Part shown: piece by piece, positions 37,788 through 47,292 of the stretch
Layout of the letters: the number at the start of each line of letters is the position of its first letter
Position numbering within the stretch: the stretch's first letter is position 1
Assembly: GCA_041658665.1 (NCBI GenBank)
Contig: JBAZZR010000001.1
Span: 128,576 to 192,575, forward strand
Origin: Patescibacteria group bacterium
Lineage (GTDB): Bacteria > Patescibacteriota > Patescibacteriia > Patescibacteriales > UBA12465
Length of the DNA stretch: 64,000 nt
Direction: 5' to 3'
Program-made: the position numbers and the translations under genes
Notes under the pieces: model-generated
Seen by the model: only the letters and a program-made list of their open reading frames with translations
Database searches by the model: none
What the model was told of the DNA's origin: nothing

Positions 37788-39824
37788 CTATTCTAGATGG
37801 ATACTTTCCTCCCATTCGCCTAGTTTTTGTTTTAAAAGAGGATAGTTATTTAAATTCGGATCTTGAGAGACTAAAGCGCTAGCCTCGGCTTGGGCTTTTT
37901 TTATGTTTTCATAATCAAAGAGGGAGGCGATTTGTAGCTCGGGGAAACCGCTCTGGTAGCTTCCATATAATTCGCCAGCGCCCCGCATTTTTAAATCTAT
38001 TTTTGCTAGCGTCAAACCATCTTTATATTTAGTTAGTGCGGTTAAGCGAGCGATAGTTTTTTCGTTGGTTATTTCTTCTTGCGATGGGAATAATAAACAA
38101 TAGGATTGTTCTTGCCCGCGTCCGACGCGTCCCCGGAATTGATGAAGCTGAGCTAAACCGAAACGTTCGGCTCCCTCGATAATCATGATTGTCGCGTTAG
38201 GAACGTCTACGCCGACTTCTATTACGGCCGTGGCGACGAGTACTTGGGTTTTATTATTTAAAAAGTCCTGCATGACTTTTTCTTTGGCGGCAGCTTTCAG
38301 TTTACCATGCAAGAGGCCGACCCGTAATTCCGGAAAAATATCTTTAGCTAATTTTTCGTGTTCTTTTTTAACAGATTTTACGCCCAGCGTATCGGACTCA
38401 TCGATTAGCGGGCAAATTATAAAAGCTTGGTGGCCTTTTTTAATTTCTTGGCGAATAAAATTATAACTGGCCGAGCGCTTTTCTTCCGTTATTATTTTAG
38501 TTAGCACTGGCCGGCGGCCGCTCGGCAGTTCATTAATAATTGATAAATCTAAATCGCCATATATGGCTAGCGCCAGAGAACGGGGAATCGGCGTCGCGGT
38601 TAGAGATAAAAAATGTGGCGCTTGATTAGTCTCTTGATTATAATTTAAAATTCTTTGTCGCTGTTTAACTCCGAAACGATGTTGTTCGTCGACTATCGCG
38701 AGCGCTAAATTTTTAAACTTAACTTTTGTTTGAATAAGCGCTTGAGTACCGATAATAATATCGGCCGTCTGAGCCTCTTTATCGCGGTGGCTGCTTGTTA
38801 AGAGAGAGATTTTAAATTTATAAGGCGCGAGCAGCTTGCTGATATTATTATAATGCTGTTCGGCTAAGATTTCGGTCGGCACCATGAGCGCCGCCTGTTT
38901 TTTATTTAGGACGACATTAAGCAGAGCAATAACGGCGACTAAAGTTTTGCCACTACCGACTTCGCCTTCGAGAAGGCGGCTCATCGGTTGATCTTTTTTT
39001 AGGTCACTCAGTATTTCCCAAGCGGTTTGACGCTGAGCCTCCGTTAATTTAAAGGGCAGAGAGTTAACAAAATTTTTAGTCGTTTCGACTTGAAATTTAA
39101 TCGGAATCGCTTGCCGTCCCTTGAGTGCCGCTTTAATTATTTGTGCTTTTAGTTGACGTAAGAAAAGTTCTGCGAAGCCGAGGCGCTCTTGGGCTTCTTT
39201 AATTTCGGTTAAATTTTTAGGAAAATGAATTTGGCGTAAGGCGCGGTTTAAATCGAGGAGTTTTAGACGATTTTTTATTTCCTGAGGCAGCCAGTCAATT
39301 TCTTCATCGGCGAGCGCAATTATTTCTTTTATTAAAAAACGGATTTGTTTTTGACTTAGCTTAGCGGTTAGATGATAGTTAGGGATTAAGCCGCTGGTAT
39401 GGATTAAGTCAGTCGAATATATTTTTTCGGCGGATGGCGAAAGCATGACTAGCTGTCCATAATTTTCACTAACCCGACCGGCCAGCGATATTTTATCGCC
39501 GACGCGATAATTTTTGGCTAAGAAGGGCTGATTGAACCAAATTATTTTTAGAGAATCACTTTCGTCGCTTACTAAAGCCTCGGTGACGGCTAAGCGGCGT
39601 TTAACGCTTTTACGATTTTGTATTAATTCAATGGTTCCGATAATGTTAGCATTATCGCCGACTTTAAGATCGGTGATTTTGGAATGATGAGAAAAATCTT
39701 CATAGCGAAAGGGGAAATAAAAAAGCAGGTCATGGACAGTTTCCAGACCTAGCTTTTTTAAGAGAGAAGAAGTTGTTTTGCCAACGCGGTATAGTTCAGT
39801 AACGCGGGAGCGGCTAGTCAACAT
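37788..39824 (-). CDS. recG: ATP-dependent DNA helicase RecG
   Basis: 678 aa. N-terminal wedge/OB region, helicase motif I EVGSGKTLVA, motif II VDEQHRFGV, and QFRGRVGRG. Confidence 0.9.
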   Translation of the reverse strand: MLTSRSRVTELYRVGKTTSSLLKKLGLETVHDLLFYFPFRYEDFSHHSKITDLKVGDNANIIGTIELIQNRKSVKRRLAVTEALVSDESDSLKIIWFNQPFLAKNYRVGDKISLAGRVSENYGQLVMLSPSAEKIYSTDLIHTSGLIPNYHLTAKLSQKQIRFLIKEIIALADEEIDWLPQEIKNRLKLLDLNRALRQIHFPKNLTEIKEAQERLGFAELFLRQLKAQIIKAALKGRQAIPIKFQVETTKNFVNSLPFKLTEAQRQTAWEILSDLKKDQPMSRLLEGEVGSGKTLVAVIALLNVVLNKKQAALMVPTEILAEQHYNNISKLLAPYKFKISLLTSSHRDKEAQTADIIIGTQALIQTKVKFKNLALAIVDEQHRFGVKQRQRILNYNQETNQAPHFLSLTATPIPRSLALAIYGDLDLSIINELPSGRRPVLTKIITEEKRSASYNFIRQEIKKGHQAFIICPLIDESDTLGVKSVKKEHEKLAKDIFPELRVGLLHGKLKAAAKEKVMQDFLNNKTQVLVATAVIEVGVDVPNATIMIIEGAERFGLAQLHQFRGRVGRGQEQSYCLLFPSQEEITNEKTIARLTALTKYKDGLTLAKIDLKMRGAGELYGSYQSGFPELQIASLFDYENIKKAQAEASALVSQDPNLNNYPLLKQKLGEWEESIHLE

Positions 39825-39866
39825 ATAATATTAATATTGGTTGATTATATCTAGCTCGTTTATTAG

Positions 39867-39938
39867 TGCTTCCGCCAGGAATCGAACCTGGATTACAAGA
39901 TCCGCAATCTTGTGTCCTATCCTTTGAACGACGAAAGC
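39867..39938 (-). tRNA. tRNA-Arg (anticodon GCG)
   Basis: 72-nt cloverleaf on the minus strand: GCTTTCG-TC-GTTC-AAAGGATA-GGAC-A-CAAGA-TTGCGGA-TCTTG-TAAT-CCAGG-TTCGATT-CCTGG-CGGAAGC-A. Confidence 0.85.
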
Positions 39939-39982
39939 CTCTTAAACCGGAATTACCCAGTTTAAAAACTGCTTTTATTCTA

Positions 39983-40501
39983 TTACAGTTTTAGTATTTT
40001 AGTCAATTGTTCTGATAGAGGCATCTCGATTCGCTCGAGGTCTTCGTCTAAGTAGCGCACTAAAAAATTACGAATCATTAGGGCGTCCATATGGCGCAAG
40101 GGGATAGATAGACGCGGGCGCAAGTTATTTTTAAATTCTAAGTATAAATTTTTAAGGCTTTGCTGCGGTTTATAAAGAACCGTAAAATTTTTAAATTCAT
40201 CATAGTCATAAAATCTTCGGCCGATTTTTATGCCCTCAGGTCCTAGTTCGATATTAACCATTAAGGGTTCTCGGCCATCGTTAATAATCATTATAATAGA
40301 AGCGATGATGATTATTAAAGCAAATAGGAAATTAGAACTGAGGCCTAAAAAGATTATTTTCCAGTTTTCCAATGAGAAGAAGGAGCCGAATAGACAGATA
40401 ACGACAAAAATTCCTGCGGCGATATACCAATTACGACTGCGTTCCGGACGGTGATATTCCGGTACCGGCCATTTTAGGTATTTATTAAGGTCTTGTGGCA
40501 T
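39983..40501 (-). CDS. Hypothetical membrane protein
   Basis: The ORF track extends to 40612, abutting the tRNA-Ser gene. The internal ATG at 40501 (MPQDLNKYLKW...) is more plausible. Two hydrophobic segments follow. Confidence 0.55.
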   Translation of the reverse strand: MPQDLNKYLKWPVPEYHRPERSRNWYIAAGIFVVICLFGSFFSLENWKIIFLGLSSNFLFALIIIIASIIMIINDGREPLMVNIELGPEGIKIGRRFYDYDEFKNFTVLYKPQQSLKNLYLEFKNNLRPRLSIPLRHMDALMIRNFLVRYLDEDLERIEMPLSEQLTKILKL

Positions 40502-40614
40502 ATTTTTGTTATTTTTTAGCCCAGTTTGACAAGCCAGGCCATATTTTATATAGTGATTATAACATAAAAAATAATTTAGCGGAAGTAATCGTTTAAGAAT
40601 TATTAGCATCATTA

Positions 40615-40705
40615 GGAGAGGTGGCTGAGCGGTTGAAAGCGGCAGGTTGCTAACCTGTTATACGTTTTTATTAGCGTATCAAGGGTTCGAATCCCTTCCT
40701 CTCCG
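40615..40705 (+). tRNA. tRNA-Ser (anticodon GCT), class II with a long variable arm. Its 3' end is the island integration site.
   Basis: 91 nt. GGAGAGG acceptor stem, anticodon loop TTGCTAA, variable-arm stem ATACG/CGTAT, T-arm AAGGG-TTCGAAT-CCCTT, 3' strand CCTCTCC plus discriminator G. Confidence 0.9.
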
Positions 40706-40707
40706 CA
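40688..40707 (+). repeat. attL-side copy of the 20-bp direct repeat (tRNA-Ser 3' end)
   Basis: CGAATCCCTTCCTCTCCGCA is identical to 55336-55355. Confidence 0.9.
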
Positions 40708-40735
40708 ACATCGTGCTAGCACGAGGTACTTAAAA

Positions 40736-40761
40736 ATAGAGCTTATTTAGGCTCTATTTTT
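40736..40761 (+). terminator. Island-borne terminator for the reconstituted tRNA-Ser
   Basis: ATAGAGC-ttatttag-GCTCTAT followed by TTTT. Confidence 0.6.
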
Positions 40762-40834
40762 GTTATAAAGTCGGTTTATTAAAATTTACAAAATAGGTTT
40801 TATTTGATAAAATTATAGGTATAAAGTTTTATAT

Positions 40835-41050
40835 ATGGACACACGTAAAGAACAGAGTAAAATTGGTAAACGTATAAAGGAACTTCGTTTGAAAAAGGGA
40901 TTGTCTCAGGATTTGGTGTCGAAAAAGGCAAATTTATCTTTTCAAACAATATCAAAAATAGAGTCTGGATCAACATCCAGCCCTACTATTGATACGGTTA
41001 TTAAAATCGCTAATGTTTTAGGCATTTCACTTGATGAATTAATGAAATAA
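40835..41050 (+). CDS. XRE-family HTH regulator (possible R-M controller, C-protein-like)
   Basis: 71 aa. IGKRIKELRLKKGLSQDLVSKKANLSFQTISKIESG is a Cro/C1-type HTH. It ends 4 nt before the Mod gene. Confidence 0.8.
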   Translation: MDTRKEQSKIGKRIKELRLKKGLSQDLVSKKANLSFQTISKIESGSTSSPTIDTVIKIANVLGISLDELMK

Positions 41051-41054
41051 AGTT

Positions 41055-42926
41055 ATGGCCAAAAAAGATTATACAAACTGGGATAGAAAGGAGTTGATTA
41101 AAGAGATTGATCAACTTCGTAAGCGCAAAAAATATGGGCTTGTTTGGGAGGAAAAGCTTGAAAATGTTGTTGAGCAATGCAAAACAGAATTGCCAGTTTT
41201 AGAAGAAGTGAAAAGTAAAGAAATAATTACTGATACTGCTAAACCTATAAATTTACTAATTGAGGGTGACAACTTTCACGCCCTTTCAGTTTTAAATTAC
41301 ACTCACAAGGGCAAGATAGATGTAATTTATATTGATCCACCGTATAACACAGGCGCTAAAGATTGGAAATACAATAATGATTATGTTGATGGTGAAGACC
41401 CATACAGACATACAAAATGGATTTCTTTCATGAGTCATCGTTTAAATATTGCCAAAAACCTTCTTAGCCCTGATGGAATAATTTGCGTGACTATAGATGA
41501 TTACGAAATGCCTCGTCTTTGGTTACTCATAGAAGAAATATTTGGTGAATTTAATCATTTAGGAACTGTTGCAATTAGGAATAATCCAAAAGGAAGGATG
41601 ACGAAGCGAAAGGTGTCGTTAATACATGAATATGCTGTTTTTTTTGGTAAATCGCAAAAGTCATTTATTAAAAAACTTGGTGTTGATCCGTCCGAAAAAA
41701 CTCACAACTATAAACAAGATGAGGATGAAACTTGGTATTTACCAGTAAATTTAAGAAAACAAGGTGTGGACAGTAACGCCTTTAATAAAAAAGGTAAATT
41801 ATCTGATCGATATTATCCAATATATTTTGATAAAAAGACTGGTAGAGTTAGTTCCGTGGAAAAACTAGGCATTGAAATTTTACCGATAGACAGTAGAGGT
41901 GAAAAAAGAATATGGAGAAGATCGAAAGATGTAATCGACGAAATGTATAAAACTGGCGATCTTATTATTAAACATACAAAAAATGATTATCAAATATACT
42001 TTAAATTTAGAGGTGGACTGGACGGAAGAATGACCCAATCTCTATGGGTAGACCCCGAATTTTCAGCTAGTGATTATGGTACAAAAATTTTGGACAACAT
42101 TTTAGGGGAAAGGGAGTTGTTTCAATACCCAAAAGCTCCCGCTGCAGTAATGCAGTCTATCCAAGCAATGAGTAATAAAAAAGATTCAATAATATTAGAT
42201 TTTTTTGCTGGGTCAGGCACAACAGGACAGGCTGTTTTGGAATTAAATCAAATAGATAAAGGCAGCAGAAGATTTATTCTTTGCACAAATAATGAAAATA
42301 ATATAGCGGAGGAAATCACTTTTACAAGAATTAAGAACGTTATTAATGGTTATAAATTTACTGGACAAGAAAAAAAAATAATCTATGAGCAAAAGTTAAA
42401 CGAAAAAGTTTTAACAGATATCGATGTCACTTTTGATGATTTAGAAAAAGTAAAAGAAAGCAATAAGAAAAATTATGATAAATTAGAAGTTAAAATAGAG
42501 GACAATGCTTTGCGTTTATATGGGGTAAAAAAAATTAATGGCAAAAAACAAGGCTTAGGCGGAAATCTTAAATATTTTAAAACCTCTTTTGTCCCCGCTG
42601 ACGCTACAGATAAAAACAAGATCGCTTTAACTGAAAAAACGACAGAGATGCTTTGTATAAAAGAAGATATTTTTGAAGAAGTTAAATTAACAAAGCAATA
42701 TAAAATTTTTCGAAACAAAAAACGGTATCTTGGAATTATATTTGACCATCAATCGATAGATGATTTTAAAAAGGAAATTGAAAAAATAGACGGTAAATTT
42801 AGCCTTTATATTTTCTCGCTGGGCGATGATACTTTTGACGATGAGTTTGGAGATATGAAGAAAAAAGTAAAATTATCACCAATACCAGAAGCAATATTAC
42901 GAGTTTATCGCAGAATATTTAAATAA
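41055..42926 (+). CDS. Type III R-M methyltransferase (Mod-like, beta-class N6/N4 DNA methyltransferase)
   Basis: 623 aa. Motif IV VIYIDPPYNTG precedes motif I ILDFFAGSGTTGQAV. It is followed directly by a Res-like helicase-nuclease. Confidence 0.85.
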   Translation: MAKKDYTNWDRKELIKEIDQLRKRKKYGLVWEEKLENVVEQCKTELPVLEEVKSKEIITDTAKPINLLIEGDNFHALSVLNYTHKGKIDVIYIDPPYNTGAKDWKYNNDYVDGEDPYRHTKWISFMSHRLNIAKNLLSPDGIICVTIDDYEMPRLWLLIEEIFGEFNHLGTVAIRNNPKGRMTKRKVSLIHEYAVFFGKSQKSFIKKLGVDPSEKTHNYKQDEDETWYLPVNLRKQGVDSNAFNKKGKLSDRYYPIYFDKKTGRVSSVEKLGIEILPIDSRGEKRIWRRSKDVIDEMYKTGDLIIKHTKNDYQIYFKFRGGLDGRMTQSLWVDPEFSASDYGTKILDNILGERELFQYPKAPAAVMQSIQAMSNKKDSIILDFFAGSGTTGQAVLELNQIDKGSRRFILCTNNENNIAEEITFTRIKNVINGYKFTGQEKKIIYEQKLNEKVLTDIDVTFDDLEKVKESNKKNYDKLEVKIEDNALRLYGVKKINGKKQGLGGNLKYFKTSFVPADATDKNKIALTEKTTEMLCIKEDIFEEVKLTKQYKIFRNKKRYLGIIFDHQSIDDFKKEIEKIDGKFSLYIFSLGDDTFDDEFGDMKKKVKLSPIPEAILRVYRRIFK

Positions 42927-42936
42927 TTGAAAAACT

Positions 42937-45150
42937 ATGCAACTAAAAGACTACCAAAGTACAGCTATAAAAAAACTTCTCTCAAGAAGCAAGGAATTAC
43001 TGGCTCAAAGTGGTGAGAAGAAAGTCATTTTCAAGGCCCCGACTGGCTCAGGTAAAACCATAATGATGGCGGAATATTTGAAGCAGCTTATTGATGATAA
43101 AGAAATTAGAACCCCCCTTTCGTTTATTTGGACCGCTCCAAGAAAACTACACACTCAAAGCAAGGAGAAGCTAGAAAAATATTATGAAGATACAAGAGCT
43201 TTAGAATGTTCAAATTTTGAAGATTTGATTAATAAACAAATCAGCGAAAATGAAATTCTATTTTTGAACTGGGAAAGTATAAACAAGAGAGACAAAAACA
43301 CCATAGTTAAAGAAAATGAAAAAGAATTTTATCTTGGTAAAATTGTAGAGAACACAAAAGAAGAGGGGCGAGAAATTGTTTTAATTATTGACGAAAGCCA
43401 CCACCACGCAACGAGCGAAATTTCGCAAGATTTAATTTCTGATATTTCTCCAAGATTAACGATTGAAGTTTCCGCTACTCCGATTATTTCAAATCCTGAC
43501 GAAATTGTTTCTGTGTCATTGGAGGATGTAAAACTGGAAGGAATGATTAAAAAATCAGTAATCCTTAACCCTAATTTTAAAAATTTTTTGTCTGGCGATA
43601 GTTTAAAAACCGCTCTTGCTGACGGAACAGATGCAATGGTGCTTGAGGAAGCAATGAAAAAGAGATTTGAAATTGTTAAAACATATAAAGATGCGGGGTT
43701 AAATATAAATCCACTTCTCTTGATTCAATTACCAGACAGAAAAACACAGCAGGAAGATTTGATAAAAGATGAAGTTGTGCGAATTTTGAAAGATAAATAC
43801 GGACTGACTACTGAAAATGGAAAACTGGCAATTTATTTGTCTGAAGAAAAAGAAAATCTTGAAAATATTGCCAAAAATGATCATGAAACCGAAGTTTTAA
43901 TTTTTAAACAAGCAATCGCTTTGGGCTGGGATTGTCCTCGCGCTCAAGTGCTGATGCTTCTTAGAGATTGGAAAAGTCTCTCATTCTCCGTGCAAACAGT
44001 CGGGCGAATTATGCGTATGCCAGAACCTGACTCGGGACACTATAAACAGGAAATCTTGAATCACGGATTTGTGTTTACAAATCTTGCTGATATTGAGATT
44101 AAGGAAGACATGGCAAAAAACTATGTAACGATTTATACCAGTCAAAGAGCAGATAGCTACGAGTCAATTAAATTAGAATCTGTTTATCGTTTGAGACAAA
44201 GAGAAAAAACTCGTTTAAGTCCGAAATTTATTAATATCTTTTTAGATGAGGCAAAGTTATATAATCTAGAAAAGAAAATCGAAACAAAAGGCCAAAAACT
44301 TGAGCTATCTTTAATTTCGGATTATGAAGCGGAGGGTGTTGATAAACTGACAAATGCGGAAATTAGAGGTGAAGCTAAAATTAACACTGAAAATGAAACA
44401 GATTTACAAAAACTCTATGATTTTTTTGTAAAAAACAATCTTTCCCCATTTTATCCCGAAGACCGTTCAATTGGCAGATTAAAAGAAGCGATTTATTACT
44501 TCTTTAGAGTTTGCCTGGGCATGGAATATACCGATCGCTTTACTGAAATAATAAATATTGTTTTAAGTCCGAAGAATGGTCAGCATTTTGTAAATGTTAT
44601 TGATAGTGCTAAAGAAAAATATATTGCCGAAACTAAAAAACGCGAAGCAGAATTGCAAAAATCAGCCGACTGGGAAGTGCCTGAAATTTTGAACTATGGC
44701 GGAAACTTCATGGAGCTTAAAACTAAATTATCAGTAATGAAGCCTTTCTATTATGATAATAAATGGAAAACAGAAGGGGCGTTTATTAAATTTCTTGAAA
44801 AATCAAATCAAATTGAATGGTGGTTTAAGAATGGCGATAGAGATGCTACGTTTTTTGCCGTGTCTTATATTGAGAATGAAGAACAAAGACCTTTTTATGT
44901 TGATTTCATAGTAAAGTATAAAGATGGAAAAATAGGTTTGTTTGATACAAAAAGTGGAAATACAATTAAAGACGCACGAGAAAAAAGTGATGGATTACAG
45001 GAATATATAAAAAAACACAAAAATATTTTTGGTGGCATTGTGGCAAATACAAATTCTAGGGATTTTTCTGGTCGATGGATGTGCTACAAAAAACAAGGCG
45101 CAGAAATTAACGCCGAAGATTTTTCCACTTGGGAATTATTGGAAATATAA
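42937..45150 (+). CDS. Type III restriction enzyme Res-like subunit (SF2 helicase plus C-terminal PD-(D/E)xK-like nuclease)
   Basis: 737 aa. Motif I FKAPTGSGKT, motif II LIIDESHH, QTVGRIMR. The C-terminal YVDFIV...GLFDTKSG resembles a D...(D/E)xK nuclease core. Confidence 0.8.
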   Translation: MQLKDYQSTAIKKLLSRSKELLAQSGEKKVIFKAPTGSGKTIMMAEYLKQLIDDKEIRTPLSFIWTAPRKLHTQSKEKLEKYYEDTRALECSNFEDLINKQISENEILFLNWESINKRDKNTIVKENEKEFYLGKIVENTKEEGREIVLIIDESHHHATSEISQDLISDISPRLTIEVSATPIISNPDEIVSVSLEDVKLEGMIKKSVILNPNFKNFLSGDSLKTALADGTDAMVLEEAMKKRFEIVKTYKDAGLNINPLLLIQLPDRKTQQEDLIKDEVVRILKDKYGLTTENGKLAIYLSEEKENLENIAKNDHETEVLIFKQAIALGWDCPRAQVLMLLRDWKSLSFSVQTVGRIMRMPEPDSGHYKQEILNHGFVFTNLADIEIKEDMAKNYVTIYTSQRADSYESIKLESVYRLRQREKTRLSPKFINIFLDEAKLYNLEKKIETKGQKLELSLISDYEAEGVDKLTNAEIRGEAKINTENETDLQKLYDFFVKNNLSPFYPEDRSIGRLKEAIYYFFRVCLGMEYTDRFTEIINIVLSPKNGQHFVNVIDSAKEKYIAETKKREAELQKSADWEVPEILNYGGNFMELKTKLSVMKPFYYDNKWKTEGAFIKFLEKSNQIEWWFKNGDRDATFFAVSYIENEEQRPFYVDFIVKYKDGKIGLFDTKSGNTIKDAREKSDGLQEYIKKHKNIFGGIVANTNSRDFSGRWMCYKKQGAEINAEDFSTWELLEI

Positions 45151-45211
45151 TTATGAGAATTAATGTATCTCCAGAAGTATTATAAAATAGTAAAAAAATA
45201 AATGGAGAGAA

Positions 45212-45874
45212 ATGAATTTAGAAAAAGCTATTATAAACATCAATCGCTCTTTAACCAAAAAACAACCAGTTTCATTTAACTCAGTCTGGATAAAATATCG
45301 CTGCAAAGTATCTTATATATTCATAATAAAAAATATTAAGACTGAATTTAATGATCCAGATTGGGATTATGTTGTTTCTCGGTTAGAAAGATGTAATCAG
45401 AAACTTTGGCTAAAGACTAGAAGAAGAAATAAAAAAGATATACCGATATATAGCGACAAAGATGAATTAGAGGTAATTTTAAAAAAGTATAATAGTAAAT
45501 TATATACATTCCTGGCTTGCCAAAATAAAGACGATAAATGTATATGTGATTGGATTAGTATTAGGCTGGTACGTATCGCCCAAAAAGGCAATTTATTGGC
45601 GAAAGATAAGATTATTATTCTGTTAAAATATCTTGTTGATCAATGGATTGAATATGACCGTAGCTTATTCAGCTGGAAGGGTTATAATGAATTAATTAAT
45701 GAGCATATAGAGGCTTATATCCGCCGTTTTCGCTATGCAGGGTCATTTATCGGATATCTTTATAGAACTCTTGAATATTCCGGCAGAGGTTTAACACCTT
45801 TAGAAAAGTTTTCTCTTGATGATATATCAAATGTTTCAGGAAAAAGGATTATTGATATTTTTATAAAAAAATAG
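45212..45874 (+). CDS. Hypothetical protein (island cargo)
   Basis: 220-aa ORF between the R-M module and the recombinase. No confident motif. Confidence 0.5.
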   Translation: MNLEKAIININRSLTKKQPVSFNSVWIKYRCKVSYIFIIKNIKTEFNDPDWDYVVSRLERCNQKLWLKTRRRNKKDIPIYSDKDELEVILKKYNSKLYTFLACQNKDDKCICDWISIRLVRIAQKGNLLAKDKIIILLKYLVDQWIEYDRSLFSWKGYNELINEHIEAYIRRFRYAGSFIGYLYRTLEYSGRGLTPLEKFSLDDISNVSGKRIIDIFIKK

Positions 45875-45885
45875 TTAATATTATT

Positions 45886-47169
45886 TTACTTAATTTCAAC
45901 CATCTTATTCTTCAACAAAATTTCTCCGTTTAAACAAGTAAGTAATTCTCGCTTCTCTTGATCATCACCCTCTTTTAATAAAAATTTAATATAGTTTTTA
46001 ACATCGACGTCGCTCACGTCGATGTTTTGATTTTTGCCAGTCGCCATCATTTGAAATTTCTTGAATCTTTTAATTTCACCCTCAATCTTATCTTGAACGG
46101 GTAACTTTTTAAAATCTAATTTCTCAACCTGTTTTTGTAATTGTTTAATTAAATCTTCTTCACTAATATAGCCAGATTTACAATTTTTATCTTTCGCCTT
46201 AGTACAGCCATAATAAATATGACGGTTAAAACCTCCATTTTTTAATTTCTTAAATTTTTCGGTTGCCGATATGCCAGAACCACATAAACCACAGGTCATA
46301 ACTTTAGTAAAAGCGAACTCGATATTTTCTCGCCTGACTAATTGGGAGTTTTTCATTTGATCCTGAACTAAATCAAACATCTCCTTTGTGATTATTGGTT
46401 CATGTTTTCCTTGATACCAATTGCCGCTTCCTCGTGGGTATTCAAAGGGGCCATAATAGAAGGTATTTTCTAATAGGCGGTAAATGTTACCTAAACTTAA
46501 ATGCTTTTTTCCGAGTTCTGTTCTAAAATTTAAATCAAATCGCAGCCAATTGTAAATCTTACGACCTGACCACTTTTCATAAGCGACTTTTTCAAACATT
46601 TGTCTGATAATGTGACCCCTGTCAGGATCGACTAAACATTGTCCTTTATGGTCAACTCGCTTTTCTTTGAAGTAACCAGTTGGTGGACAAGTCGGCCATA
46701 AGCCCATTTCGCATCTTGCCCTTAAACCTCTTTTAACGTTTATCCCTCGATTATCATTTTCTAGTTTCGCTTGAGAGCATAGAATCATGAGCAAAAACTT
46801 TTCGTTTGGGGAGTTGCTAAATGTTTGGCCAAAGGTACGAATGCTCATTAATTTTTTCTCATCCATTAAATCAACGAGTGATCCTAAGTCGCCAGCATTT
46901 CTTGAAAGTCTATCAGGGGCCCAAGTAAGAATTGAATTAAATTTCTCTTCCGCTATGTCTTTTAATAATTCCTTAAAAATAGGACGATTACCAGAATCTT
47001 TTGCAGACTTTGATTCTCGTCTAATATCAACGATTTCTAAATTTTCTCTTTCGGCAATTTGGAGCATTTCTTTAACTTGAGAATCAATTGATTGAACTTG
47101 TCGTTCGTCTGATTCAGTGCTTTTTCTAGCATACAGACAATACTTTAAGGGAATATCTAATGGAGGCAT
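45886..47169 (-). CDS. Large serine recombinase (resolvase/invertase N-domain, recombinase domain, zinc ribbon)
   Basis: 427 aa. LYARKSTESDERQVQSIDSQ (catalytic Ser region), WAPDRLSRN, and a Cys cluster CGLCGS...YYGCTK. Confidence 0.88.
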   Translation of the reverse strand: MPPLDIPLKYCLYARKSTESDERQVQSIDSQVKEMLQIAERENLEIVDIRRESKSAKDSGNRPIFKELLKDIAEEKFNSILTWAPDRLSRNAGDLGSLVDLMDEKKLMSIRTFGQTFSNSPNEKFLLMILCSQAKLENDNRGINVKRGLRARCEMGLWPTCPPTGYFKEKRVDHKGQCLVDPDRGHIIRQMFEKVAYEKWSGRKIYNWLRFDLNFRTELGKKHLSLGNIYRLLENTFYYGPFEYPRGSGNWYQGKHEPIITKEMFDLVQDQMKNSQLVRRENIEFAFTKVMTCGLCGSGISATEKFKKLKNGGFNRHIYYGCTKAKDKNCKSGYISEEDLIKQLQKQVEKLDFKKLPVQDKIEGEIKRFKKFQMMATGKNQNIDVSDVDVKNYIKFLLKEGDDQEKRELLTCLNGEILLKNKMVEIK

Positions 47170-47292
47170 ATGATTATACTTAATTATTAGTTAAATCTAC
47201 GCCTCCATTAATGACACACTTTTAAGCTTTTGCTAAGCAGTTAGCTGTTGGCAACTTGTCGATAACTTTCCCTTTAATATTAAAGGAAATAA

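Noticed and set aside
40502-40612. N-terminal extension of 39983-40612 reaching the tRNA-Ser gene
   Set aside because: The extension would put the start 2 nt from the divergent tRNA with no room for a promoter. Met38 (40501) begins a sensible protein.
45212-45874. Possible sigma-70 region-2-like resemblance (RIAQKGNLLAKDKIIILLKYLVDQWI ... SFIGYLYRTLEY)
   Set aside because: The resemblance is limited to a loose pattern, and no region 4 HTH is recognisable. This is too weak to call without a profile search.
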